Source: Octopus sinensis
Taxonomy: Eukaryota
NCBI RefSeq assembly: GCF_006345805.1
Contig: NC_043001.1
Location: 121,520,001 to 121,584,000, forward strand
Length of the DNA stretch: 64,000 nt
Direction of reading: 5' to 3'
Shown here one piece after another: positions 12,291-24,639 of this stretch. Under the pieces are notes generated by a model that saw only the letters and a list, made by a program, of their open reading frames with translations, did not search any database and was not told the origin of the DNA. The position numbers were made by a program, and so were the translations under genes. How positions within the stretch are numbered: position 1 is the stretch's first letter; every line of letters starts with the position of its first letter.

Positions 12291-15200
12291 TCTTTCTTCT
12301 GTTGGCCTGCTTGCATAGCCAGCAGGGTGGCGTCATTTGAAGGCTAAAACAATGCGAAGCACATTGTGACCAGCAATGTGTAGCAACATCTGATAGCCTG
12401 GTCGGTCATGTGATATACATATGCTGACAAGGCAAGATGAGTTTAACCCCAGGCACAGTGAGAGCTACTGATGAGTATTAAGATGCATTAAACATCAGAA
12501 TGTGAAATCATCGGTGATCTAAAAATCTGCTACTGTAGGGGGTTTCATTAAGATAGTGGCTATTGAGTTGTTTTGACTCTCATTTCTAGTAATACTGGTG
12601 CTGATTAGTACCCTTGTTCACTTTAGTGACGTATATATTTCTGCCTTTAGGTTGTAAAATTAGCCACCCATGTTATTTATATATATAAGAGCATCCAACT
12701 GTAAGAACCTTTAAAACTGACCTTGCCTGTGCTTGTGCCATGTAAAAAGCACTAAATCCACTTTGCTGAGTGGTTGGTGTTAGAAAGGGCATCCAGCCAT
12801 AAAAATCTTGCCAAAACATAGAAGTTTGATGCAGGCTTCTGCCAGGCCGGCTCCTGTGAAACCATCCCACCCATGCTAGCATGGAAAACAGATGTTAAAT
12901 GATGATGATGATATATATATTATCATTATCATTTAACGTCCGTTTTCCATGCTAGCATGGGTTGGACGGTTCGACCAGGGTCTGGGATGCCAGGAGGCTT
13001 CACCAGGCTCCAGTCTGATCTGGCAGTGTTTCTACAGCTGGATGCCCTTCCTAACACCAACCACTCTGTGAGTGTAGTGAGTGCTTTTTATGTGCCACCA
13101 GCACAGGGGCCAGAGGAGACTGGCAACGGTCACGATTGGCTGGTGCTTTTTACGTGCCACTGGCACGGAAGCCTTATACAGGTTTTTACATAATTTTTAT
13201 CAACCAACTTCTACTCAAAGCACTGAGCAATCAAGAAGTTATGGCATAAGACACTGCTGTACAGCAGAATTGAACCTGGTAATATGTAGTTGCAAAGTGA
13301 ACTTATAGGAAATAGCTCAAAGGTATGATGGTTCAAACACCATTTGATCTAGTTTCCTCATTCAGCTTACTAACCAAGAAAATTACCACATCTGGTAGTT
13401 GTATACTTGCAGTGCTGCATGTTTGTGATAGAGGTGGTGGCAAAACATACAAAAATTTGCTTGCTATTTATTCTAATAGAGCCATTTAAATCAAAGAGTG
13501 ACAAAGAAAGGACAATTAGAACCTTTTAACTATAAACTGACACATCTGTGAGGGAAAGTAAGAGCATACAAATTTCACATAGCAAAAAGATTTCCTTTTC
13601 TTAATGGTTATTTTTGGAAAAGTTCCATTGCAGATTATATTGGTTTTCAGGTGTTGTAGGGCTGCAAAATATGTCTAGTTTGAACACAGCCCGTTCTGTA
13701 AAATAACACAGACATGGTTGTATTACAGCTTTATTGATATGAAAGATGTGAAGGACCAAGGAGAATTATTTCCATCACTGATTTGCTATGGATATAATGA
13801 TCATGAAGTAAATATATCTATATATGTAACCAAAACTCTAAACAATCTTTTGGATATATCTAAAAGACGACAGTAAAAAGCTTTTATCGTTTATTTTGAA
13901 TACCATCTTTACTGGAAACCATCTAACATATGCTCTCATGACACTGTTATAATAGTAAACATAATTTTTTAAAAATGAATTATTAGTAAACATTGTTCAC
14001 ATATAAGGACAAAAAATCTAAGCACTTTAAGATTTCACTAGTCTATAACTTTCAATTTTACTTTAAATGCTTATAAGCCACAAAATGCTTTAAAAGTTAT
14101 TTCACTGATATTTTCATATCTTTCATATTGTATTATTTTTAAGCTCTGACTTTCCTATAAAAGGAAAGAACACATGGGGCAATGTGTTCTTTATATATGC
14201 GCGCACACACACAAACACATACACGCATATATACCAGAGTAAGCACATGAATGTGAAACAAGATGGAAAAAAGAGTACTCAAATACCAGAGGTAGAGTAC
14301 TATGCTTTATTTAAAAGCAGCAGAAATATAACAAAAGCTGTTACTCAGAGTTTCACGTTCCCGTGTTAACAAAACTGTCCGATGAACAGGAATGTGAAAC
14401 TCTGAGTAACAGCTTTTGTTATATTTCTGCTGCTTTTAAATAAAGTGTATATATATATATATAATACAAACATACATATACATACATACATACATACAAG
14501 GTGCAGTGAATAAATTGTTGTGCAAATTATGCAAAAATGGAAATAACATTGACATCTCATTTTAACAGATATATTTACCAAAATTACATAAAAATATCTT
14601 GAAATACTAAATTTATTCAATTAAATCGCCATTGGTTTCAACCACGGCCTCCAGACAACTTTAGAATCTCCTGCAACTCTTCTGGACAGTTTTCTTGTTT
14701 AAGTTGGTGAATGCTACCATAATCCTTGCTTTCAGTTCATCTTTGGTGTTACAAGGAGTTCTGTTGGTCTCTCACTCAATTGCGCCCCACACATAATAAT
14801 CATGAAAGCTGCAGTCTGAGGAGTTAGGTGGCCAGATGTTAGGGGTGGCATGGTCACAGAAATTATCCGACTGCCATGACTGCGTTCTCTTACTTGTGTG
14901 GCATGATGCAGAGTCCTGTTGCCAAACATAGGGTCTTCAAGCAGCCACTCTCTAGACCCAGGGCAGCACTACTTCCTCCAGACACTTTATGTAGGCCTCT
15001 GCATTGAGTATGAGACTGTGTGGGACAAATGGAGGCATAATGTTGCCATCACTAGTGATCACTCCAAACACCATGATGTTGACTGGATGTTTGATCTTTA
15101 TCACTCTCGGTACATGTTTTGGGGGCTCAGATTGACACTCAACACTCTGAAATGTTCATATTGGAGCTTCTGGCGTGAGTGCCAAGAAGTACAGCATGTC

Positions 15201-16294
15201 GCTTACAAATTTCTAGCAGAGTGAATTGCATTATGGTGCTGTTTTTCTCAGAGACAGTGCCCAACTGACCCTACTATACTGTGTAGTTGACAAAATCAAA
15301 AACAATGTGCGAAATTAAGAATATAAAATGGGAACAAGTTACCCATCGCACCCTGTATATATATATATATATATACACATATACAGACATATGTGTGTGT
15401 ATGTACGTGTGTATAAAGTATATAATTTTATCAATATAATTATAAAATTATAATAAGGGCAATTACAAGGTAATGCCACATGCTAAAAGAAAAAAACCAA
15501 ATGGCTCTAAACTACTTTATCTATCACACATGGCTGAGATGAACAAACTTGATTTTTAACTCGTATATAAGTGTGAACATTTTTATAGTCACTGTGGATA
15601 CATTGTGTTCATATGGTATGTATAAATATTTATAATTATTTACTTTTAGTTATATCATACTGATGATGGTAAAGTGTATTACATTACAAAATCTGAAATT
15701 GATCGATATATGACTAAACTTTATCAAAAAATCGTTTTTGTTCATTCCCTTGCTTTCAGCACGTGTCTATGTGATAGATTAAGTAGTTTAGAGCCATTTG
15801 ACATCTTCTTTTAGCATATGGCATTACCTTGTAATTGCCCTTATTATAATTTTATAATCATGTTTATAAAATTATAATACTTTGTATCAATTTTTACCTT
15901 AACTGGTTCTTACATGCTAGCTACTTGATAAAATCCTATATAGATTTTATCCTTAATTTTAATTGACATATATATATATATAAATATAATACAAATATAA
16001 TACAAATAAGAAAATGGAGAAACAAATTTAGTTTGTTCATCAACTTTCGGATAATCCAACATTATAATATCCGAAAGTTGATGAACAAAATAAATTTGCT
16101 TCTCCATTTTCTTATTTGTATTATAAATTTACGGTAAAAATATTTCTTTACCTTCACCCATTTAATACAATAAATGAGTTAATTGCATTGCAATTAAAAA
16201 CATTTATGTATTGAGAATCTGGGTACTGTACCAACAGTATATTGGATAAATGCTATCCCATAGTGGGTTACACCCATAACCCCTATCTTACTTT

Positions 16295-16333
<39 letters not shown>

Positions 16334-19300
16334 TCTCCCTTACTTAAATTATTTTGTCAGCATTTTCTTCATTTCCTTTTATATATATATATATATATAT
16401 ATATCCCTGATGAAGGGATATCCATAATATCCCAGAAACAGCTGTAAGACTATATCTTTTTCCTTATAAATATCCTGAAAACTTCTCTCATTTTGTCTAA
16501 TATATATATATATATGTATATGTATATAAAACATGAGCATTATCCAAAAGTGTTTAATGCCAGTGCCCCCTGACTGGCTCCAGTGCTGGTGGCACGTAAA
16601 AAGCACTATCCAAACACAACTGATGCCAGGGCTGCCTGGCCGGCTCCCGTGCCAGTGGTGCATAAAAAGCACCTACCACGCTCAGAGAGTGGTTGGTGTT
16701 AGGAAGGGCATCCAGCTGTAGAAACATTGCCAGATCAGATTGGAGACTGGTGCAGCCATTGGCTTTCCAAACCCTAGTCAAATTGTCCAACCCATGCCAA
16801 CATGGAAAACGGATGTGAAATGATGATGATGAACTACTCAAAAATCTCCTGAAGGTGGTGTTTCTCTTATAATAAATATGTCATATTTTATAAATATAGT
16901 TACAACCTTGACACCACATGTAGAGTAAAATGTAGATTCCAACTAATCTATGTCAAATGATCAACATTCAATTCCTCAAAGTAGTTCTTTCATTACACTT
17001 ACAGAGCTGCTGATTAAGCAAAAAAATATGAGTGTCTTAACTTCCAATTCTCCCTCCTCTAACAAGTTAATAATACTGACTAGTAATGGATACCAGATTA
17101 TAAAATGTCAACACTTGATGATTTAGTGTACTTCTGTAAGATAATTAAAATATTGACTGTCATTCGTTGGTAATAAATACTGAAAGGCAATAACAAAAAT
17201 GTAAAAGCTTCCACAACAGACAGTCAAAGAGAAGACCATAAATCTTCAAGTGCAGTTTTTTTCCAGATACACTGGCCTAATCTTTTTATGAAAACACTTG
17301 CTCAAATGCTTAGGCTGTTGGGATTAAAATCAGAAGCACCCTGTGTCCGTAGGCAAGATACTTCAGTTTATAATGCTCCGATCCACTCAGTGAAAATTTA
17401 GTAGCATCTACTGCCGAGGTTCCATGCAGATGATGAGTTCAATATCTTGCAAATACAAGATGTTGACAACTCTTGGAGGCCTACCATACACTGATGATGA
17501 TGTCTAAATTTGAGCAAGAGATCGTTTGTAGTGAGAAACAATGTTATGGGGTTAAGATACTGGATTACTTTTTGTCTACTCCAGGCACAAGGCCCAAAAT
17601 TTTGGCAAGCTGACAGAAACAGTAGCACACTGGGCGAAATGCTTAGTGTTACTTCGTCTGTCTTTACGTTCTGAGTTCAAATTCCGCCGAGGTCGACTTT
17701 GCCTTTCATCCTTTCGAGGTTGATAAATTAAGTACCAGTTATGCACTGGGGTCGATGTAATCGACTTAATCCCTTTGTCTGTCTGTCTTTGTTTGCCTCC
17801 TCTATATTTAGCCCCTTGTGGGCAATAAAGAAATAAGAATATATAAGCCTTCAATGAGCCAAATCTTTAACAGTTTTTGATGCCTGATTCTGGTCATTTC
17901 ACTCAATTGACTGTGCAAAATCACCAGAAATAAGCATAATGTACAATCTAATTTCACCTATTTTTGACAACTGACTGAGACAACTACATACACCTAGGTC
18001 AGAGGTTTGTTTCCCTCACAGGTATTTCATTGCGTCACTGGATTGGACAATTGATTGTTTGTGTTCCAGTTCGCTCAACTGCAGAAAATGCAAACCAGGT
18101 ACATTTTCTGATATTGAAGTCTGGTATTATATCTGTGAATCTGGGAGTTTTATGGAAAGCTTAATATTTTTAACACTAAAGCTTAAATTCAAGATCATGC
18201 ATCTAGTAGTTCAGCATGTTATCTGAACAATTTCAATAACTTACTGTAATCTAAAGAAAACAAAACAAATATTTATTCAAATAGTTCTACTGACCACATT
18301 ATATTATGCAGCTACAACATAATTCCTCAAACTCAAAATTTATAAAAAGATTATTCTTGTCTAAAAAAAGAATTGGATGAAAAACAATAATGACACTGAA
18401 TCCTAATGACAGCAGGAAAACCTTTGAAATATCACGAACTTCTTTTACTGACCCTGTCATAATCAGTTCCAACATGACTTTGAAGGAAATAGATGTAGCG
18501 AGCTGCATACTCAAATACTGTTGCTTTATCAGTTTTATCTGACAGTCCAGGCACCAGTCGTCTCATTAAATCACAGGCAATGGTGATACGGGCTCTGGAA
18601 GAGGGGTAGAAATATTAAAAGTAATGAACAACTAACTTTCAAAACAATATGTGAAAATAAATATATAAAGTGTCATAGAAGTATAAAAAAAAATTGCATC
18701 AACATATGAGTTTGGAAAGAAAAAAGAGAATGTTATTGTTTAGATCAAGTGTTTTAAAGTTGGATGTAATTTCTAATGTTTAGGGCATTTGATTCTAAAG
18801 CTGAAAATAGCAATCATTCTTCAGTGAGAGTGGACACTGGCTTTTTTTTTTTTTCTTTTTAATTGTTAGTACTCTCTTTTACTCTTTTACTTGTTTCAGT
18901 CATTTGACTGTGGCCATGCTGGAGCACCGCCTTTAGTCAAGAAAATCGACCCCAGGACTTATTCTTTGTAAAGCCTAGTACTTATTCTATCGGTCTCTTT
19001 TGCTGAACCACTAAGTTACGGGAACATAAACACACCAGCATCAGTTGTCAAGCGATGTTGGGAGGACAAACACAGACACACAAACATATACACACACATA
19101 CATATATATACATATATACGATGGGCTTCTTTCAGTTTCCGTCTACCAAATCCACTCACAAGGCTTTGGTCAGCCCAAGGCTATAGTAGAAGACACTTGC
19201 CCAAGGTGCCACGCAGTGGGACTGAACCAGGAACCATGTGGTTGGTAAGCAAGCTACTTACCACACAGCCACTCCTGTCAACTTTACACAGATAGACCTG

Positions 19301-22300
19301 TGACAGAGAAGTATTCAGTTGAATTTTGAAGGTCACCAACATATCTAGCAAAATAAATGTGACCCAGGACTCAAAGGGCCAGTTATCAAGTTTCCATGCC
19401 AATACAAACATTCCCCTTGAACAGCATTCCAGTCTTGCAAATTTATTCGTTACAGCTGATTAGACTGGAGTAACATGAAACAAGGCACTTTGCTCAAGAA
19501 CACAACACACTGCCTAATCTGGGAACCAAATCTACACTCTTGCAATGGGGAGTGTACTACCCCAACCACAAGGTCATGAACCTTCAAATGTTACAACAGA
19601 GGTTCTCAAACTCATTGGGCCACATGATACCCTCAGCACCCCACTCCTATTTTTATATATAAATAAATATTTTATATTTTACAAATTTATATATACTATG
19701 AATCATTTGATATTTAATATAATATTATATAATCTGTATACAAAACTATAATAATATTATAAATTCATAGCATCCCCCAATCCACTGCCTTCCTCCAATG
19801 CTTCCTTTTTCTCTCCCCCACTCTGCTTCATCCCCTTAGACACCAGCACCCACTTTGAGAACCTATGTGTTACACCATGCACAACATGGCTGAATAAAAT
19901 GTGTTACTTTGGGCTTATGAAAAGTAACAAAGTATGGCAATCTGGTCATCAATCATTCAATCTGCTGTTCTGTTTTTGTAGGGTTTGTTTTTCACAAGAA
20001 AAAAACAAGAAAAAAACGATAGACAAAGGAGCAAAGGAGTAATCTTGGTCAGTGTATCAAAAATTTGATTCTTGAATTTAGTCCTGAAAATTGAACAGAT
20101 CACTAACAGGACAAGACAATCCCATCTTTTGTGGGGGTATTGTATATCTAAGACTACTTTATCCAATGTGTTTCTTCTTTCTCTCTCAAATGACACCTTA
20201 CCATTTTTCTCCAAGATGGTACGGTGTCATTTGAGAGAGATCTGGCTACTATTTCCAGCAGAACAAGCTACCACCTACAGGCTCTTTTGTTGGCATATCA
20301 TATCAGATGAGCCAAACAAAATTCAAGTCAATTTACTATACATTGATAAACTGGCTTAAACCCAGTCAAAACAAACCACTATCGATTTCTTTTATAAACA
20401 AGCGCTAAAGCTTGTCTGTCATGTGTAAAGAATACGCCACAGACAGTTCTGCGAAGATCAATGGAATAAAGTACCTCACTCGTTTTCCTGTAAGGGTTGG
20501 CTCGAGGGAGAGCATATGGCCAGAGAATACCCTCAATACTCATCAAACCCATACTGGCATGGAAAAGGCAGACATAAAACACGATAATGGCGATAATGAT
20601 GATGATGATGACGATGATTTTATAGTTTCATAAAACTAATTTTAAAAAAGAAATTTTTTTAAATAACCTTCTTTTCCTTTCATTCAAATTATGCTGATGT
20701 CGTGATGGGTCATCTTCTTTGGCATTCGTTTGATCTGTTTTGCTATAAGATACCATATTATCTTCAGTATTATTTGGACTTTTAAACGAAGTCACTGAGT
20801 TGGACAGATTTTCAGGTGGACTGTTGTTCTCTTCTCCGCTGCTGTTCAAATTCAAACTGTTTGTTGGTGTTTTCAGCTTCAATAATAAATAACTACATTA
20901 GCTCAAATTAAAAATACTTCGGCAATATTTTTTGACGATACAAATTATAATTTATGAATAGTAAAAAAAATCGAATGCAAATTAGTGTTTTTCTTAAATT
21001 TACTCTTTATTTCATAAATTTATGAATATATTTACAAAAGATATTGAGGGCAAGAGAAAAATATGAAACAGATTTCCATCTCATTGCGATCTCTCTTTAT
21101 TAAGTTTAAATATGCAAATGTATAATTACATCAAACTTAGCTCAACTGCGAAGTAAATTAATTGATCTATAAACGATTGGGTAACTTCAGATAGGGATTG
21201 GAGCTACATAAAAATGAGACAAAGATTATTTCTAAATTCTTATCGTTTATACTGACTGAACTTAAGTCAACTAACCTGAGTTCTGTGATAAAAATTACTT
21301 TTTTTCATAAAGTGATCTGAATTAAAACCTTCCTTTAAAATTTCGCGTTAATTTATATCCCAAACACTAGTGTAATGACAAAATTATTTCACTAAATTCT
21401 TCCCTATTTTGAAAATTTATTGAAACAAATGCCGTGTATTTCAACAGAAATATGGTAACAAAAGGGTCGTGTCTCTATTATAATTATTTTAATATAATAA
21501 CTGCACAATATCACTTAGCATTTCAAAGAATTATATACATAAGGACATTTTATGTAAGACATGATTCATACATTCTTTAAGAATAAAGGAAATTTTTTTT
21601 GATACCTGTAATGGTAATCCGTTGTTTAAAACATTGTGGCAGTAAATCACATGGCTAGCTTTCGATATAGGAGTATGGACTATTTGGTTCCCAGTCTGAG
21701 AGACTTTAAGTGGTTCAAGGTGATGTGGAGATTGCGTGACTAAGATGATATTATTGTCCGATTGTTGACCATAAATTGAAGAAAATGTCTCTTGACTACT
21801 GGCGTGATGGTCAACTGGTGCAACAATTCCTTGCATACCATTTAAAATACCAAGTGGGCTGCTTAAAAAATGCAATGAAGGAACTTCAGTTGAGTTATTT
21901 TTTTAAAATTGAAGCTACAAATACTTTAAACATTTAGTTAAATAGTTCTATACAACAAACAGAATAGATGTTCGTTCAACATGCATTGAGTGGGTTCTCT
22001 ATGGAGGTGCTTTCAGTTCAGAGAATGGCAAACCCGGTTAATGTTCTCAATACGACATTGAAAACTGAACTGTGAATCACCCCCAAAACGTTTTATACCT
22101 CAGCCCTCATCCATAATTACACACACACACACACACACATACATACATACATTTATATATGCACACATACATACATACATTTATATATGCACACATACAT
22201 ATATGTATACACACATTTTTGTATAAACACATACGTGTTTGCACACAAACACACACACACATACATTTATATATGCACATATACATATATGTATACACAC

Positions 22301-24076
22301 ATTTTTGTATAAACACATACATGTTTGCACACAAACACACACACACACATACATACATTTATATATGCACACATACATATATATATATACACACATTTTT
22401 GCATAAACACAAAACATGTTTGCACACACACATACATTTATATATGCACACACACACATTTTTGCATAAACACATACATGTTTGCACACACACACACACA
22501 CATACATACATACATTTATATATGCACACATACATACATACATTTATATATGCACACATACATATATGTATACACACATTTTTGTATAAACACATACGTG
22601 TTTGCACACAAACACACACACACATACATTTATATATGCACATATACATATATGTATACACACATTTTTGTATAAACACATACATGTTTGCACACAAACA
22701 CACACACACACATACATACATTTATATATGCACACATACATATATATATATACACACATTTTTGCATAAACACAAAACATGTTTGCACACACACACATAC
22801 ATTTATATATGCACACACACACATTTTTGCATAAACACATACATGTTTGCACACACACACACACACATACAGAAGCATTCATCTCACACAAGAGAGTAAA
22901 GTTTTAAATAATTATTAAAATTGATAAAGCAAAAATAATTATGATCACCATGAACATAGTTACATAGGTTTCATCTTACTTTTCTTTTTGCAAGCTATCA
23001 AGTTTCGAAGCCGGTAAAAGGTGTGAGACGGGCGTGTGATCCCTTCTGTGGATGGACCTGTAACCACAATTAGATGAAGACAGGGGCACAAAAGCAGATG
23101 CTGGAGAAGTGGTGGTCGATGCTGTCTCAGTATTATTTAATCTCATTGTATTAAGCAGATGGTCGGGGACATCGCTGGAAACCTGACAGGGCAACAAGCT
23201 GATGTTTAAACCTCCCTGAGGAATTTTGGCACCATTTCCGACAAGGCTGTTGCTCTGGTTGACATTCTTGCTGACATTCAATCCGAGTTCGGTTGTATTA
23301 GAAGCTTGCTCAGACTGGTCAAAGGAGATGAGAGGAATTGTTGGTCCTGGGTTAACAATTTCTGATTTGTTTGGACTTGAAATGAGTTTTGGGAGCTTTG
23401 GGGTCGTGTCTGAAGAAATACTATTGTCATTGTTGCTAATACTACTATTATTATTATTATTATTGGTGGTGGTGGTCTTGTTTGAGTTGGAACAAGGAAT
23501 CAAAGTCGGCACCTCGGATATGGCGTCGTTGCAGAGATTCTGTCTGACAGCCGCTGTGTTACGTGCCACGCCCGAGGAAACCTTCCTAGAAATATCAGTC
23601 ACTCCATCGATATCAACAGCTGAACCCGAACAGATGTTTATTTTTTCGTTCTCGACAGTTGCAACATTATTATTATTATTATTATTATAACAAGGTGTAA
23701 CGTTACTAGCCATAGAGCAAACGGTTGTAACAATACTACTACTCTGTCCTATGTCTATAGCTGTAGAACAGCTGCGACTAATATGACAATTGTTATCTAA
23801 ATTCTGTGAGTTCCAATGGATTATAGTGTTAAATTGGCGATCTGTCGAAGAATCTATGTCTTTGGGTTCTTTTTTCATTATTTTACAAGGTGTTAAGCCA
23901 TCATTAACAGTTGCAGAATTAACCATAGCCCGTCCGTAGTTAATATTGGTCTCTTGATTCTCAATCAGTTTCTCTTCTCTTGAACTGCGATCATTTTCCG
24001 AAATATCCAACGGACATATCGAATTTTGTATGTTTGGAATTTCAGCGTTATTTGTTATTTCTAGATATTTCTCCAT
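8996..24076 (-). CDS. TCFL5: bHLH transcription factor, TCFL5-like (5 coding exons, about 577 aa)
   Basis: Spliced frame is continuous (1097+256+209+142+30 nt). C-terminal bHLH HQHNLNERKRRARITIACDLMRRLVPGLSDKTDKATVFEYAARYIYFL resembles TCFL5 (RRRIRICCD.L..LVP...TDKATTL) more than Myc/Max/Mnt. The family name is from recall only. Confidence 0.75.
11001..11706. mobile_element. Two RTE 3' fragments (- 11001-11295, + 11560-11706)
   Basis: RTE 3' core and (GAT)n tails. Confidence 0.82.
12715..13175. mobile_element. Two RTE 3' fragments tail-to-tail (+ 12715-12912, - 12922-13175)
   Basis: catgctagcatggaaaac..gatgatg / catcat..gttttccatgctagc. Confidence 0.85.
14232..14445. mobile_element. Short element with 57-bp inverted repeat
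   Basis: Arms 14305-14361 / 14389-14445, one mismatch. Confidence 0.7.
14497..15355 (-). mobile_element. Degenerate maT-type (DD37D) Tc1/mariner element
   Basis: Imperfect TIRs caaggtgc../..gcaccctg with TA flanks; WQQDSASCHTS...WPPNSSDCSFHDYYVWG with 37 residues between the 2nd and 3rd D. Confidence 0.85.
15421..15876. mobile_element. MITE/foldback with about 110-bp imperfect terminal inverted repeats
   Basis: ataagggcaattacaaggtaatgccacatgctaaaag and its reverse complement near 15805-15845. Confidence 0.7.
15997..16124. repeat. 57-bp-arm hairpin
   Basis: Arms 15997-16053 / 16068-16124, two mismatches. Confidence 0.85.
16556..16832 (+). mobile_element. RTE 3' fragment
   Basis: RTE 3' core and tail. 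Confidence 0.85.
17604..17835 (+). mobile_element. SINE family A
   Basis: Near-identical to 2082-2305. Confidence 0.9.
18453..18594 (-). CDS. TCFL5-like HLH exon ARITIACDLMRRLVPGLSDKTDKATVFEYAARYIYFLQSHVGTDYDR
   Basis: 142 nt, phase 2-0; completes the bHLH in frame. Confidence 0.92.
18870..19275 (-). mobile_element. SINE family B, full length
   Basis: Family B body. Confidence 0.9.
19597..19867. mobile_element. hAT-type MITE
   Basis: TIRs cagaggttctcaaa / tttgagaacctatg; 8-bp TSD tgttacaa/tgttacac. Confidence 0.8.
20668..20876 (-). CDS. TCFL5-like exon ending in the bHLH basic region (PSRHQHNLNERKR)
   Basis: 209 nt, phase 0-2. Confidence 0.85.
21606..21861 (-). CDS. TCFL5-like exon SPLGILNGMQG...NNGLPLQ
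   Basis: 256 nt, phase 2-0, CAG|GTATCA donor. Confidence 0.8.
22131..22865. repeat. Compound CA/TA minisatellite duplicated as a ~363-bp higher-order unit
   Basis: Same text at 22198 and 22561; source of the His/Thr/Tyr and Cys/Val pseudo-ORFs. Confidence 0.88.
22980..24076 (-). CDS. TCFL5-like first coding exon (MEKYLEITNN...LDSLQKE), Ser/Asn/Thr-rich
   Basis: Long open frame, gacATGG start context, AA|GTAAGA donor; the start codon choice is inferred. Confidence 0.8.
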
Positions 24077-24639
24077 GTCTCTACTTTCACCAGGCAAAAC
24101 AAAAAAGACACAAACAACAGCTGGGTTAGAAAACAAAACACTTTCACCTCTTAAAAGAGGTTAAAATGAATGTTTAATAAACCCTCTCAACCAAAACAGT
24201 TGAATTTTGGTGATTTTATGGTCGCGTTCTCCAACTTCAAATAAAACTCACACTTTCTTTCTCTTCTTATTCTCATGTAACGTTTCCAAAGATATAATAA
24301 TATTTAAAACAAGATCTCTTTCCAGTTTTGCAATGCCTCTTTTACTATTGGTAATATATTTTTTTCTTTCTTTCTCTCTTTAACGCGACAATAATAAAAG
24401 AAAAATTTAGGCCTTGTAATTGCTTTAGTAAAATCAGATGAGTTCCAAGAACCAAACTGGCGTTTACCAAAATTATATATATATATAAATATATATTATA
24501 TATATATATATAAATTTGCAACTGCGTGCGTCGTATGCTTTATGTTGAAACCTCCAGCCCCTTAATGTTTCGACATCATCGTTCCAGAGCAGAAGGTGAA
24601 AGAGAGCAATATGTCAATGGCAAGAAGAAGGAAGAAAAA

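Noticed and set aside
20379-20560. Nearest candidate continuation of the bHLH basic region
   Set aside because: Translation is not HLH-like and the DNA resembles a decayed RTE tail; the exon at 18594-18453 completes the domain.
22107-22899. Long His/Thr/Tyr- and Cys/Val-rich ORFs on both strands (up to 246 aa)
   Set aside because: Translations of a CA/TA minisatellite inside an intron; open in several frames; no splice support.
23226-23690. 154-aa plus-strand ORF with poly-Leu
   Set aside because: Antisense shadow of the Asn/Thr-rich TCFL5-like exon.
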